Origin: Camelus ferus
Lineage: Eukaryota
Assembly (NCBI RefSeq): GCF_009834535.1
Contig: NC_045707.1
Location: forward strand, 53,818,001-53,882,000
DNA: 64,000 bases
Reading direction: 5' to 3'
The notes below the pieces were generated by a model. The model saw only the letters and a list, made by a program, of their open reading frames with translations. It was not told where the DNA came from and ran no database searches. Shown piece after piece: positions 38,593 through 52,200 of the stretch. Position numbers and translations under genes: made by a program. The first letter of the stretch is position 1; every line of letters starts with the position of its first letter.

Positions 38593-40536
38593 GACTTCCT
38601 AATATGAAGAGAGGCTGGGTCTATGACTGAACTAGACCAAGAATTGATACATTTATTTTCTTTGTTTTATCTCCTTCAAAAACAGGCTTTTCTATCAAAA
38701 TACATGTTTTAATAGTGTTTAGCTTCTGATATAGACTCAATCACAGATCAAATAATCTTCATTTGATTGAGGAGAACATTCATTCATTCTTCTATTATCA
38801 AGTATAATGTACACTCTTTCATGTTGAATTTTCATGTTAATTTAAATACGTAAGGAGATATACCTTTTCTATCTACTTTGGCTGAGTTTTCGTACTTACA
38901 GATGAGTGAAAGGACATTCTAACTACTATCAAAACACATTTCACATATTTTGTCTTTTAAGAAAGGTAGGGATTGTGTAGAGAAGTAATTAACCATCTTT
39001 CTTCTATGAAGACTTCCTCTTGATTCAGGAAAGGACTGATGCAGGTTCAGAGTTTTTCAAAGCATAATTTCAAAAACCTGAAATGTATGAATTTCAGACA
39101 GATAGTGGGAAAGTATCAAAGATTGATTTTAATGAGGAATTCAGCTGAATTATAACACTGGTCCAAAAGAGGATAGGAAAGATTGCTATATATAGTTAGT
39201 GAATTAAAGAAAGAATGCTGACATAAAATTTAGATATAAATTTGGTTGGTGTTCTACAAGGCAATAAAGCTATAACTTTTTGAGTTATCTTTCTATTAGA
39301 TAAAAATTATTGTATGGCTCCTAAACAAAACAAAAATCATTTGCAACTTTCCTTTATTTATTTATTTTTTTACAACTTTACATCTAATTTCACAAGAGTC
39401 TTGGCCTAATCAGTTGTAAATAGTTATGTTTAAAAAAAATGCATTCTTCCAGAAGACTGGATAACCTTTGCGAAGAACTATTAGACAATGCTCCATTATA
39501 TCATTGAAAAGACATGCAGTAATTAGTTTGCCTTTTTCTCAAGTTGAGATAAATTTTTATATGACTCTCTACCCTGTGGGGGAGGGGGGAAGCTAGTATC
39601 TTGCCTAATACTATGTGTCAATATTTCACTTAGTTCTCAAATGAGCACCAATAAGCACAATAAGCATAAGCCTTTTTATGAAACTCTGATTATTTCCTTA
39701 TGAAAAATTATTATGAGAGCAAACTTGGATAAAAGAGTTTAAATATTTTGAAGGTTATTGACTTACATAGCCAAGTTCATTTCTATAAGGGATATGCCAA
39801 CTGGTACTTCTCATGTCGAGTAGAACACTCTGACCATGACCCTATAGAGTTGAGCATCACCATTTTAAAAGTCAGGCAATTTAGCAGATGCAAAGTAAAA
39901 TCTCATTTCAATTTACCCGTACGATAACTGTTTACTAGTGAAGCTGAGTTTTTGAAACACGGTCTTGTTATTTTCTTTTCAATTTGTTATTTATTTATTT
40001 TTCTATTTAGGTATTAGTGCCCATGTTTTTGATTCCTTTCAGCTTTTAATAGCTGAGGGACATTAACCCTTTGTGTTTAATTCTTACACATCAAAGAGCT
40101 TGTCATAAAAAGTATTAATAGAATATTTTATGTGAGGAATAATAACATCCTAAATGAGATGAATATGTGCTAACTTGAAGCACAACAAAAGATTATGCTC
40201 ATAAAAAATGTAATGTTTCCTCTTGTTCCATTAACACTACTTTATTAAAAAATGCTTCATATGAAAACTACGTATAAAAGTAATGTTAATAAGGGCGGAG
40301 AACCGAAACTGCAGGATACAGGGATATTTGTAAATGCAAAATTCTTTGCAAACTGAATGTAGTCATTATGTTAATAAGCAAAGAGTGTAGCTTTAGGGGA
40401 TTCTATTTTGAATAATTTAGAATAACTGGGCAATCTTCCATAATAGTTTGAATTATTTTTTGTGATGTGCTTGTAAAATAAAACCAAGAACTAAAACTAA
40501 AATATACTCAAGACTGTTATTTCTGTTGCATGTAAA

Positions 40537-40615
40537 GTGTGTATGTATGTATGTGATACAAATTTACATACACATATATACACACATATACATATATGTA
40601 AGTATATAAACATAT
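40537..40615. repeat. Compound (TG/TATG/CATA/TA)n microsatellite
   Basis: gtgtgtatgtatgtatgtg...acatacacatatatacacacatatacatatatg. Confidence 0.7.
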
Positions 40616-41099
40616 AAAATGAAATATGTCATTAGTACTTACCACTTTCAGTATTTTAAAGTATTTCTCTGGTAACACAACCACAGATCCATTTAAAAGA
40701 TGACTATTTTTTAAAAAATTATCCTATCTTCCAGAAATAGAAAAAACGTAACTGATTAGAGAATTGGCTATTGTAATGTTTTCCAATTTATAACAATTTG
40801 GGATATATATGGTTTATATGTAATAGTTATGCACAACTACAAACAAGAAACAACAAATTTGAAATAATGTTATACAAAAATACATATATGTATACATACG
40901 TGTAGAACTGTGAATATACAATATACAGGACTGGAAAAAATTAGGATTGTTAAGTGTTGGAAAAATGACTTCTTCTGGCTGTGTAGAATCCTGCATAAAA
41001 CAGTGTACATAAAAAATTACAGAAATCTTTGAGATTACTTTTTTGCTTTTGTTGGGTGGGAGGGTGCTCCCAAAGAAAGTGTGAGTCTTTCACGTTCTT

Positions 41100-42530
41100 T
41101 GCTAAGGTCCGGAGATCCACTAGCCTAAGGTGTTATTTGGAGCGAACCCACAGTCCTTTGATTTCTTTTCCTCCCCTCCCTCCCTCTGCCGCGTAAGCCA
41201 AACATGAGAAGCTTGGCGGGGTAGGGGCAAGAGGGCGAGCAGGCGGGAGGGGAGAGGGGCTGGAGGTGGGGGACGAAATCCTGGAAAAAACGTCCTGGGA
41301 AAATTCTGCCGGCCTCGCCCCGGGGCAGCGCTTTCCCACGGCGTGGGAGCCCCGCCCGCGCTGCGCCCGGCCGCCCGCACCCGAGTCCCTTCTCCCAGCT
41401 CTGCCCCGGCTGCCCCGCTCCCGGGTTCGAGCTCCCGTGGGACCAGATGATGTTCGCCCGCCCCTCGAACTTCACTGAACACTTCGAGTTCCAGAAAGTC
41501 CTCCAGGGGCGTCCTCTTCCACTTTACTAGTCGAGGGGCGAGAGCAAGCAGTTGGCTCTTTCTTCAAACTCCCGGGGCCCAAAAGGCCCAAAGGTGGGGC
41601 GAAGTCGGGACCCAAGACCTGGCTGGTTCCGATGCCAATGCTATGATCATTCGGCCCTGGAGCCCTTTGGTCCTTCGGGCCCTCCAACTTTTTGAAGACG
41701 AACTTAAAAGAGTGGAGGGATGGAGTTCGGGCAGACCTCTTAGGATCATAAACTCGGGGGCTCAGATCCCCTGGTGGCCTGTGAGTCCACCGTGATCTGG
41801 CCTCCAGCTTCGCTCCTCGACGTATTTTACAGCACGGACACCCCGGGCAGGGGATTTTTCTATCGAATCGGTAGGCAAAGAATTCTTGGCCCTCACTCCT
41901 GCCTGCCACGGTCAGATTACGTTTCACAGGCTGGAGCCAGCTGGGAGGTGGGTGTATTTACTTTTAAACTTTTCTGTGCGTTCACTTCACCTTGTGTGGT
42001 TGTGTGTGGAGAGCGGGGGAGGGGGAGTTTCCAAATAGAGTGAAAGTCCCATTCCGCGGGTATCACCATGCCTGCGGGGCTGGCAGTTCTTAAAGTTTAG
42101 CAAGTCTGCAAATAACTGTAGAACACAATAGCGTCCCCCTCCCTTCCTCTCTCTCCCTCTCTTTTTTCCTTTTCCTGCCTCCAGACGCCCTCTCGGAGGC
42201 TGAAGCTGGGCAGGTCTCCAAAGGTGCAGCAGCCACAACAATCCCGCAGTTCAAAGTTAAGCAGCAGTTGCACAACGTCTAGCAACTCTCCTAGACGGCT
42301 ACTAACGAGCTGAAAGCCAGGAACATCTGAGGAGGTGAAGAGGAAGCTTCCAGTTCTCCTCCCTTCACCCCAGAAAGCCAGACATCCCCACCACCCACTC
42401 CCAGATAACTCTGAGATACGGTCCTGTCTGTTCGCTTGCCCGGCGGACCATGGCTCCCTTTGGAAGAAACTTGCTGAAGACTCGGCATAAAAACAGGTAA
42501 AGTCCCGCGTGTGTGTACTCGGGGGCTCCT
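41100..42530. promoter_or_regulatory. CpG island / RASSF9 promoter and 5' UTR
   Basis: Sharp rise in GC and CpG content, GC boxes (CCCGCCC at 41351 and 41457), ends at the exon 1 donor. No ATG seen between ~42071 and 42449. Confidence 0.85.
42450..42496 (+). CDS. RASSF9: RASSF9 coding exon 1 (MAPFGRNLLKTRHKN-R)
   Basis: Strong Kozak accATGG, 47 nt ending AACAG|gtaaag. The phase-2 donor matches the acceptor at 60148. Confidence 0.95.
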
Positions 42531-43173
42531 GTGTGAAGTATGTGTTTTGTTGCAGTTAGATGCTGATGAAAACTGCCCTTGGGGGGAAACCAAGTCCTCC
42601 CTTGGGAGTTAGGTCTTGTATTTATACTCAGCTGGTGAGGATATTGTCCCAGCAAGGATGATGGCTGTGGCCAGTTCAAGGATCTCTGAAAATAAAACAC
42701 GACTATTTTGACCCTCCCCCCTCTTTGGCCAGTTCTGGTTCCGCAACTAGCATCACCCAAATCTTTTCTTTGTATTGCCTTGCCTATTTGAGAGTAGTGG
42801 GATGGCAAGTTTTATCTTGCTTCAGACAGAGTTTTAGTATGTTATAGGAAGAGTTAAAATGTTGATGAAGCTATAACTAGAATTCATTAACCACTAATTA
42901 GAACGAAAAATACAATTGCTGATACAATCCGGAAACAATGCTGGCTCCCCTTAGAGTGGGGCATTCCTGAAACCTGGGAAGTTCCCAAAGTGAAAATAGT
43001 CTGTAGAGAAACTTTTTGTGAACTCGTTCTTTCCAAAATCTTTGAGAACTTCAGGTGGTTTTAGGCACTAAAGAAGTATTCAAACAGCTGTCCTCTTTAA
43101 TCCTTACTATTACTATTTTACTTTGATTTGCTATTTCAAGCCTGCAGTGCCCATAGTGTAAATAAATGTATTA

Positions 43174-43200
43174 CATACACACACACATACACACATACAC
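43174..43200. repeat. Interrupted (CA)n microsatellite
   Basis: catacacacacacatacacacatacac. Confidence 0.75.
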
Positions 43201-46200
43201 TTTTTTCTTGAGCTGGTATGTCTGTTTCAGTTCCATTAAACATTTTATTAACTCAAATGTTACATTTTTTGCCTAAAAAAAGTGAGGATCATTTTAGATA
43301 TGGGCTTTACTCTTTCAATATATTTATTTCGGCATAAGGGCTTTTCCACAGCTCTTCTCTCAGTCATGCCTGTTTGTACTTGTTGTAATTTACTTAGTGT
43401 AAATTTAAAAGCACGCAATTACATGGTAGGAAATGATACAATTATTTTAAAGTGTCTGCATGATGATATAGAGGGGTACAACTTGAAAGTAAATCTCCAG
43501 ACTTTATTTTGTGCATGAATGTCTGCTGGAAAATTCTGTTATTACCTCATTCCAAATGTATTTGTGATTTAGTTGACTAAGTTATCTTAAGAAACTAAAA
43601 CACCAATAATCAATACTATCAAACTTCCATTTTATTTGCTAGTAATTTGACGGTATCACAAATATAGTATTTCTGATAGTGAAATTATCTGTATATTAAA
43701 ATAAAGAAATGTCTGGGTATTCTTTAAAATACATAGTGATGATTATCAAAAATAGGTTGGTATTTCAGTGGTGTTGATGCATTAAAAATATTTCAAAGAA
43801 AATTCTTACTGCTTTTTAATTGATTATTCAGTGGCATTAATTTGAAGTATGTTTGTTTAAATGCTGTCAAAATATGTAAAAAATTACTTTGGGAAAGTTT
43901 ATGGTACGATACAGCACTTTACGTTTTTGGCATGCTGATCTTTCTGAATACTACCCCACTAATTCAGGGTTTTTGTGTATTTGTGTGCATGTGTTTTAAT
44001 TAATTGAAAAATTCTGTCATTGGTTTGCCAAATGACAGTGCAGTTAAACTGCATGCACCCCTGTGAATTTCCCTCAGGGAGGCACATGTCCACTTTTGTT
44101 ACCTCAATTGGCCACTGCAACTTCTACTCTATTCATAAAACTAGTTTTCATTCAAAGAGGTGAGTATACAAACATTTTTAATATGCATTATCTGTGCAAA
44201 ATTATGAAAAAGTGGAAGGAAATAATAAAAGGTGGGGAGTTTAATAGTATTTCAAGTTTCTCTGAGAAAATGGAATGGTGTTCCCGAAGGTGATGCTTTA
44301 ATATGAGCGAGTGTTTTGGCGAAAGTGTTAATAGTGAGGTTATGCATAAGTTGCTATAAAAACTGAGTGCTTGCCTTTAAAGATTTGTATTTTTCCAGTC
44401 TTTAAGAAACACTTAAACCACAGAGGTATCTGGGGACACAAAAATACGGGTATTTCAAACTAAGCAATAAACAAGCCACATGAAGTGTTGAAATAAAATT
44501 AATGCATATTTATTTTGTCAGGGTTTAGTATTGCTATAGATGAGATCTTTTTGTTTTGTCTGTTTTCTTTTTTTACCTTCTCAAAGGTGAAACTACAGGT
44601 GAAACTTAGTTACATGATTAAGTTTATCCATTTCATTTCCTGGGTTCTATAATGATTTAAATAATCCTCCTCCAAAATATACAAACCAAATAACTTTCCT
44701 TAAATGACAAGTGATTCATCCTTTGATGGAAAATGTGACTGATGATAAAACAGTTATCTGATAACAGCCAATGCATTCCTCAAAAATATAGTAAAACATT
44801 CCTTGTAGAGTGTAAAGGAAGAATTTCAGCAATGTATATGTGTACCTTGTGATATAAAATTTAATACAGCTATAAGAACTGCTTGAGCCTAATTGCATCT
44901 TTGTCAGTAGTTTAAAAAAAAATGAAGATTGTTAGAGGGAATATGAGAATTTTGAGATCTTAAAATTTTGAGAAAGTTTGTTTATTGAACTTTTTTGCAT
45001 CCTATTCTCTTTTCATTTTTGTTCACTCTTAGGACAATATTTAATCACCCCAAACTGAACCCCCTAAGATAGTTCTGTTAAATAATCTCGTAATGCATGA
45101 ACCTTTGAGAGTTTTAGAGACAAATGGAAGGCAAATGAAACTTCAAAGTATGAGGCATAAAAACTTTTAGAAAACACAAATTGTCAAGCTTGAAGAGGGC
45201 ATGGCCATAGCTGTCCAGTCGCCATTGCGTTCATGCCCAGGACAGTGGGACAGTGCCTGGCATGTGACGAACCTAAATAATACAGTTGTTTATATAATTT
45301 CATAAACTAAAGTTATAATCATTATTTTATTCTCCATTCATCATCTAATGTAAGCTGGTATTATATAAAAGTGAGTGTAAAGAATTGGTTGATATTTGAT
45401 ATAATCCGAAACCCAAGGAGATAGACAAATAATTATACGTATTTGGACACCAAGCTAATCCTACCCTACCAGAAAATCTTTTCTAAGTTTTAAGAAGCAT
45501 TCAATTGAAAAATTTGGAAAATGGTCTTCAGGAAATTTGAGGATAATACATGGTCCCAAAGTGATTTTATTTGAACATACTAACATTTTATGCTTTTCAT
45601 TTCTAACTTTCATGTAAATAAAAGAAATAGAGCCAAACTAAAACTCTTTATGCTTACAATCAGATTAAATTGTTAAGTTTTCTAATTATAGTAACATTTA
45701 ATAGGAAGAGTACAGTGTTCAGAGACCTTTTGGTCTCAGAAGATTGTTTACTTTGGTTCCCTAATGACAATATTCTGTGACTGAATCCCAATTTTTTGTT
45801 CACTTGAAGAATAAAAATGTTGGGGAGTTTAGATATTTTCCTTTAAATAAACTATTCAAGTTTCTGAAAATGTTTTCTAAAAGTCACGAGGTGACTGCTT
45901 GTTTCTCATAGAAAATACAAAGAAACAAATAATTAAGCATGAATTCACTTGATATTCATTATGGATATTCAATACTTGGATTTAGATTATTAACATAATC
46001 AAGTACTCATATAAATTCCATCTGTGAATGTGATTATATTACGTCTTATTTTCAAGATATTGGTTGTTTTAAAAGCCAATGCTTCTAAATAGCCGTCATC
46101 AACCTTTAAAAAGTTCAGAAAAGTGGAATCTCATTATAAAGCTTTTTGGGATAGTTGGTTGTAGGTTATGACTGTGCTTTAATTAATAAAATTTGGTGGT

Positions 46201-48067
46201 AAAGAATCAGTTGGACCTTTTCCTACACTTTACTAGAAGCAAAAATTTGCTATAGTAAAGCCGTACGTATCTCATGTTTGTCAGAAATAAACAATTAGAA
46301 TAGTTCTTTCAGGTGATTCACTGAAAATTAACAATGACTATAAAAGGAACTAATTTAGTTAATAAGACCTTTATAATTACTCTTAGGTGATTTCAGTCAG
46401 CTTCTGGCTTTCCTTTGGCTTTCCCTCTACCTACATCACAGGTGGTAGCATTGTCACAAGATCAACTTGAGATTAAAAATCTCCCAAAATGTATTTGTAA
46501 TAAAGTTCTTAGAAGTAAATAATGCAAACAATACAATTCTATTGTTTTATAGTTGACACATAAAATTTGTATTAAAATTTGCTTGTGAATCAGTTAGAAC
46601 GGACTTCACCACGTTTTTTTTTCAACCAGGTGCTTTCTCTTGCTCCCATAAGTACTTCATGCCAGGAACACTTCATCAGAAGGAAGAATTAAGTTTTGCG
46701 GTTAGGGTAAAAGTTGCTGGCAAGATGGATGTTTTGTCTTTGTAATTAGAGGTATGGTTATTTATGAATTCTGCAGAACAGGAAGTTATCACGCACTGTT
46801 TTGTCTAACCTCCAGTAAATATTTGAAATATCCCCAAAATCAGATTGAGAAATGCCAGATATTTGAGTATATACATCTTCATGGTTTCCAGGTGTTCCTG
46901 AAAGAGATTTCCCTTGATGACACCTGGTAACGTAAGTAGTTGTTACTTGGCAGCCAGACAGCCCATTAGGAACAATGACTGGAATGCTCTATGCCTGGCA
47001 AAAATAGCCCGGGAGCAGTGGCAGCGGTGTAATCGAGCCCTAGGTTAAATCTTGAATTACTACTCTAACAACTGTATGCCAACCTGAAAGTCACCACCTA
47101 AGATGTTTTATTAGGTACTGTACTGTATCAATTCATGAAACATGTCAAGGTGAAGATCTTAAACCTTTTGAAAAAAAGTTTTAAAAAGTTTGTTGCCAGT
47201 TAACAATTTTCGTTACAGAACCTCTATTTAGCTGGACTGTCTAACTTAGAAAGTTTTGCTGATGTTTGACTGGTATGTAGTTCAGGAGATCTGTTAACAG
47301 CTCTAAGCAATTGACGAAAGTGTAGCTCTCTTCTTTTGATTTTAGTTCTAAAAATGGAAGGAAGTTGGAGTAGGATATTACCTCTTCCAGGTGTACGTAG
47401 ATAGCAGTCCTGGACAAGGAATCTCTTTGTCTCTAGCATACTGGCTTTCTAAAATGAGGCAGCCTGTTTTCTGTACCATGTCCATGGGAGAGGACACATC
47501 CTTCTGTGTTCTGATGTTCTTTAATGTATATTTACATCAGAAGTTTTTAAAGACATCCCTTTGGCAAGGCACACACAACACATACAACATTGATTTCTTA
47601 AGAGTCAGTTATTTGTATTTCTTCTTTTTAGTAGATTGTGACTTAATTCTTGTAGTGCCTTTTGTAATACTACACCTTCTGGAGAGAGTTTGCATTTTTG
47701 TTGATTGTAATTTAAAGCAATTGCTAATGTGAACGGTCACCCAAAGGCAAAGTAATTACTTTTATATGAATGGAATAGAGTCTTGGGGAGATGTTTCGCT
47801 CTGGCAGCAAGATATTTCAAGAAAAAGAATGATCAGTGGGTAGTAAATATGCTGATAAACAAGGCAGATTATTCTCAAAGGTTTACATCTGCAGGCTAGA
47901 ATGCCCTCTGCTTTTATAAGTAAAGTGACTTAAGATATCTATAAAAAATTCTCATTGCGTACAGGCTCAGTGAGAGCAGAGACCTTGCTGTGCTTACTTT
48001 GTTCTTTTCTAGATAACCAGTTGAGGAGGTGCTCAATAAATATTTGTTGTTTGAATAAAATGAATTC

Positions 48068-48162
48068 AAAAATGAATTCAAGTGCTGTACACCGGAAACT
48101 GACACAACACTGTAAACTGACTATACTTCAATAAAAATATATATTTAAAAAAATGAATTCAA
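48068..48162 (+). mobile_element. Extremely truncated young L1 3' terminus (~67 bp) with 14-bp TSD aaaaatgaattcaa
   Basis: gtgctgtacaccggaaactgacacaacactgtaaactgactatacttcaataaaa resembles the end of the L1 at ~32970-33010. Direct repeats at 48068-48081 and 48149-48162. Confidence 0.85.
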
Positions 48163-48799
48163 CATATACTCTCCAAATATAGCTGGTCCCCATACAGTAC
48201 TTGAATCAGTACAGTCGTGTTGAATGGATTTGAGGGTAATTTGAATGAATCCATAAATTACAGGTTGACCTCTCACCATCCTTACTTTCAAATGGTTAAG
48301 GGCCATGTCTGAGAAATGGATGCAAAAGAGACTTTACTGGGCTCCACCTTGTTTTCTGGTAGAAAACAAACCAAGGAGCAGGCAACTCATTTCTCTCCAG
48401 GAACGCTCTTGCTTCCTTCCGTGCTCCCCGAATGCAGCCGCGTGTGATCTGAGTGAGGTTTGGTGGATGACGGTAGACGGCCGCTGTAGACCCCACTGCT
48501 GAATGTGCGACATTTCTTCCTCCTTTTGCGATAAAAGGCATTTGCAATCGGGAAATAATTTGTTTTCTCCTTTGAAAGGAAGATTTATGCTCTTTTTGTG
48601 TAAGATAATCACAGTTTGTGAGACAAAGGGAAAAATGCTAGAAATAGGCAGAAAATTCTCTTGGTTAACAACTCCAGCTCTTTAGTGACATAGCCTTTGG
48701 GCCATATCTCAGACATGCCCTTACTGGTTTTGTACCCTGCGGCAAATACCTCCTCTTTGTAATACAACAACAACAATAACAACAACATGCAAAGGCAAA

Positions 48800-48960
48800 G
48801 TTAAGTTTGACAAGTGAAGGGGTTGCTCTTTAAATAAAAGAATACACAATTATGAATAAAAATGTTGCTAAGGTCACTCTGGGGCCTTGGGATGTGACTG
48901 TGCAAGTGAGGTAGCCCTTATGCTTGAGCTTCGTTGGGTTCAGGGTAAATCCACCTCTGC
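48800..48960 (+). mobile_element. hAT MITE, MER53-like
   Basis: ctctttaaataaaagaatacacaattatgaat...gtgcaagtgagg...ggtaaatccacctctg terminus. Confidence 0.6.
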
Positions 48961-48974
48961 TAACACTGCCTGTA

Positions 48975-49275
48975 ACAGTTACTATGTGCCAAGCACCAAT
49001 TTACAGAACACTTACAATCATGCTGTGAAGAAGGTCCTACTGTTTCCCCCATTTCACATGTGAGCCAATTATGACACCGAGCAGTACAACAATTAGTAAG
49101 TGGCAGAGACAAAATTCAAATCCATGCTCTTAACCATCACTCGGTATGACCTATTTAAATTTTCTCATCTTTAAAATGGAGTTATTCCTAAACCATCAAG
49201 TACATGGATTAAGTCTGACTCTATCTAAAAGACTTAGCACAGTGCTAGGACATTGTAAAAGTTCAATAAATGCTC
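48975..49275. mobile_element. Two MIR fragments in opposite orientations
   Basis: Antisense MIR (tactatgtgccaagcac...gctcttaaccatca) followed by a sense MIR 3' half (tttctcatctttaaaatgg...cttagcacagtgc...tcaataaatg). Confidence 0.55.
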
Positions 49276-52200
49276 ATTCCTTGTTCAGGCCTGTTGGATT
49301 AAATATGAAGTATATCTAAGTTTTTGATCCCTCAGCGTGATATTTTGGGCTTTGAAATCTCAACCCTGACTCACTAGAACTTCTGTATCACCACTGATCT
49401 TCCCTAGATACAAAGAGGTACATCATAAATTACTGAACATAATTAGAAATGAGTCTATAAATGTCATACAAAACTTTCTCTGGATCTTGATGAAATATTT
49501 CAATTCTGACAGCTTTTACATTTAATCCTCACACCTCATCTGAGCCAAATTTAGGAGACTATTCATGATTTTGCAATGCATAGAACAGCATAGTTTAAGA
49601 GACATTTCCTTATGTGTCTCTGTGGAGTTTTGATAAAAACAAAGGATACATAGTTTAAATATTTTAGTGTGATCTCTGTCTAATTAATATGAGATTGAAT
49701 GGCATACTTAAGGTCCCTTTCGTGTCTAAGCTTCTGAGATTTTAAAATACCCTCTTCAGTGTAGAATTTAATTCCTGTGTTCTGCCCCCCCCCTTTTTTT
49801 TTTACCTTTTCTAGGAAACTTTAAAAAGTAGAATTACAAGAAGAATTTTTTTTTAATAATTTCATTTTACCTAAGCATGATGCATTGCCACGTAACCTCC
49901 ACCATGAAAGGTAGCATTATGGTAAAAGTCAAATGTGTTTATTTCCAATTATAAGAAGATGTGATTAGTTTATATATTATAACGTCTAAGAATTATTGAA
50001 TGTTCACTGTTTGCTAGAACACAATTTTAAGTTTAGTGCTACAAATATATGAATGTATGAGTTGCTGTCTTTTAATTTTATTTCTTTAGGACTGGTAAAC
50101 TCTGCATTTTGTGTATTGTACCAAACACACAAGGACACAACCTCATTCCCAAGGGAAACTTAACTGAGAACACAGCACTGTAGTTAAATATCTTATGCAT
50201 GAACTTTAAAAAAAAAAACCAAACTCATCCATGGGAAAACTTCTTTGACAGAGTAAATAAAATCACAATCTTTATAAGACAATTAAGAAAACGAGAGTAT
50301 AATCTCTTGGAGTTGAGGAAGGCTGTTCCTCTGTGGAGAAGCTGCTCTCTAGATGTTTTTGATGGACTGTAAGTATAAGTATGTAAGGGGGAAGTAAACG
50401 GAGATAAAGGAGAATAAAAGGCACATCGTCATAACTAGATAGCGTTTCCAAAACTCCCACAGTTAGGTGACAGGCTTGGACAAGAAAAGGGAACACAATG
50501 GGCTGTACACAAAGATGTAGGAGGGGGCTGAATCACACAAAGGATGACTCAGGATAATTAAAAGAGAAGAATTCAGGAAGCAGGCAGAAATATGGTCAGT
50601 TTGATGAGGCTCCATAATCTTGCTTGGGTTGGTAGCAAACAGTGTCTTACAATTGAGGAAGTATATTTTAAAATGTTAAGGATGTATTTACATAACGGTG
50701 TTAGACTTCACAGTTGACTGCTATTTGTTTTTAAGAATCATATCAAACTAGTCAGTTTATCAGTACATAAAATCGAGCTATTCTGCTATTTTGTGGGTCT
50801 TGTAAATTTTTATTCCATTAATGCAGATAGTGGTCCAATTTCAGCAAATTTTTATTCTCACAAATTGTGGTATATAATTGGTAGGAATTCAGTGTCTGAG
50901 GTATATTGAGATTTTGCACAGTGTATGCCTGTTCTCAACCAATGACCAAGACGTTTTGTAGCCGCCTCAAATACCACTGACTACTCTAAGGCTCCTCATT
51001 TACTCTGACCTTTTCAGTCCTTCTGCAATTCCCTGCAGTTATGATTAACCAGGGGGTACTTAAGATCTAGCAGCAGCACATTAGTTTGGGGACACCATAG
51101 TTTTCTAGAGTAGAACCTTAAGATACCTACTTTTAGCTCTAATTACATTTGTCTGGAAGCTATGAGAGATGCTATTGAAAAACCATGAATATTTCCATGG
51201 GGTAGACATATAGTAACTACAATCTCATATGAAGAAAAGAGTTGTACACAATTAGAAAAAGCAATTATGAAGTTATATTGGAACTTTGAGATTCCATTTT
51301 TTTAATAGTGCACAAAGTTAGGCATTTTACATCAGTGGACCACAGAGTATTAGCTTTAATGTCTTGATTGCTTGTTCTTTTACTCTAGAAGAGAAAGTCA
51401 AAGAATTTTTTCCCTAGAATCATAATAATTGGCATGTGACTCAGAGTAAGTTATTCCTTTAAAACGATCATTTTTAGTGGCTCTACTTTTAGTTAGCAGA
51501 ACTTAACATAATCACAATTTAGATAATTCAGTCAAATGGCAACGTATGCTACATAACTCTTTGCACAGTCAGAGTATACTATAGTATTGCTTTCTTACCT
51601 ACCTTAGCATCTAAAAAAGGATTCATAAACTACCCCCACTCTATCAGATTGGGCATTTGCTTGTATGCATTTCCCTTGCTGGGACTCAAGATAATAGTTA
51701 TCTTTAAAAATTCAGAAATATCCAGCTAATCCCACATTTTGAAGGGCATTATGAAAGATTAAAGATGAATTTAACCATACTTTTAAAGAACTTTTGATTA
51801 GTAGACACATAGAGATATATAAATAATTAAAATACAAGGCAGGCATTGTAAAGTATCATAATAAAATCCAAATATTCAACAAAAAAATGTTTTATTTGGC
51901 TGATAATGTGTGTGACGTGTTATTCTAGGTGCTGGGGTTAAAACCGTGAGAAAGTCCATCAAGATCTCTACTCTCATTGAGCTTACAGTGCAGTGGTGGA
52001 CAGACAGATAATAAGCAAACAGTCAATGACCAAGAAATTTCAGGTAGAGGTTACTGTTAGAAGAGTCAGTGTAGAGGCAGGATTTATAGGAATTCAAAAT
52101 TGAGCAGATGCGGGCCGGAGAAAGTATCAGGATGGAAAAAAGAATCATTGATAACGACAGTGTGGGGTCTGAGTAAATAGGAATACAGTGTGTCTTCAGA

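Noticed and set aside
41120..42808. Multiple 60-151 aa ORFs in the CpG island
   Set aside because: Expected from stop-codon scarcity in GC-rich DNA. Low-complexity P/G/R/A composition and no domains.
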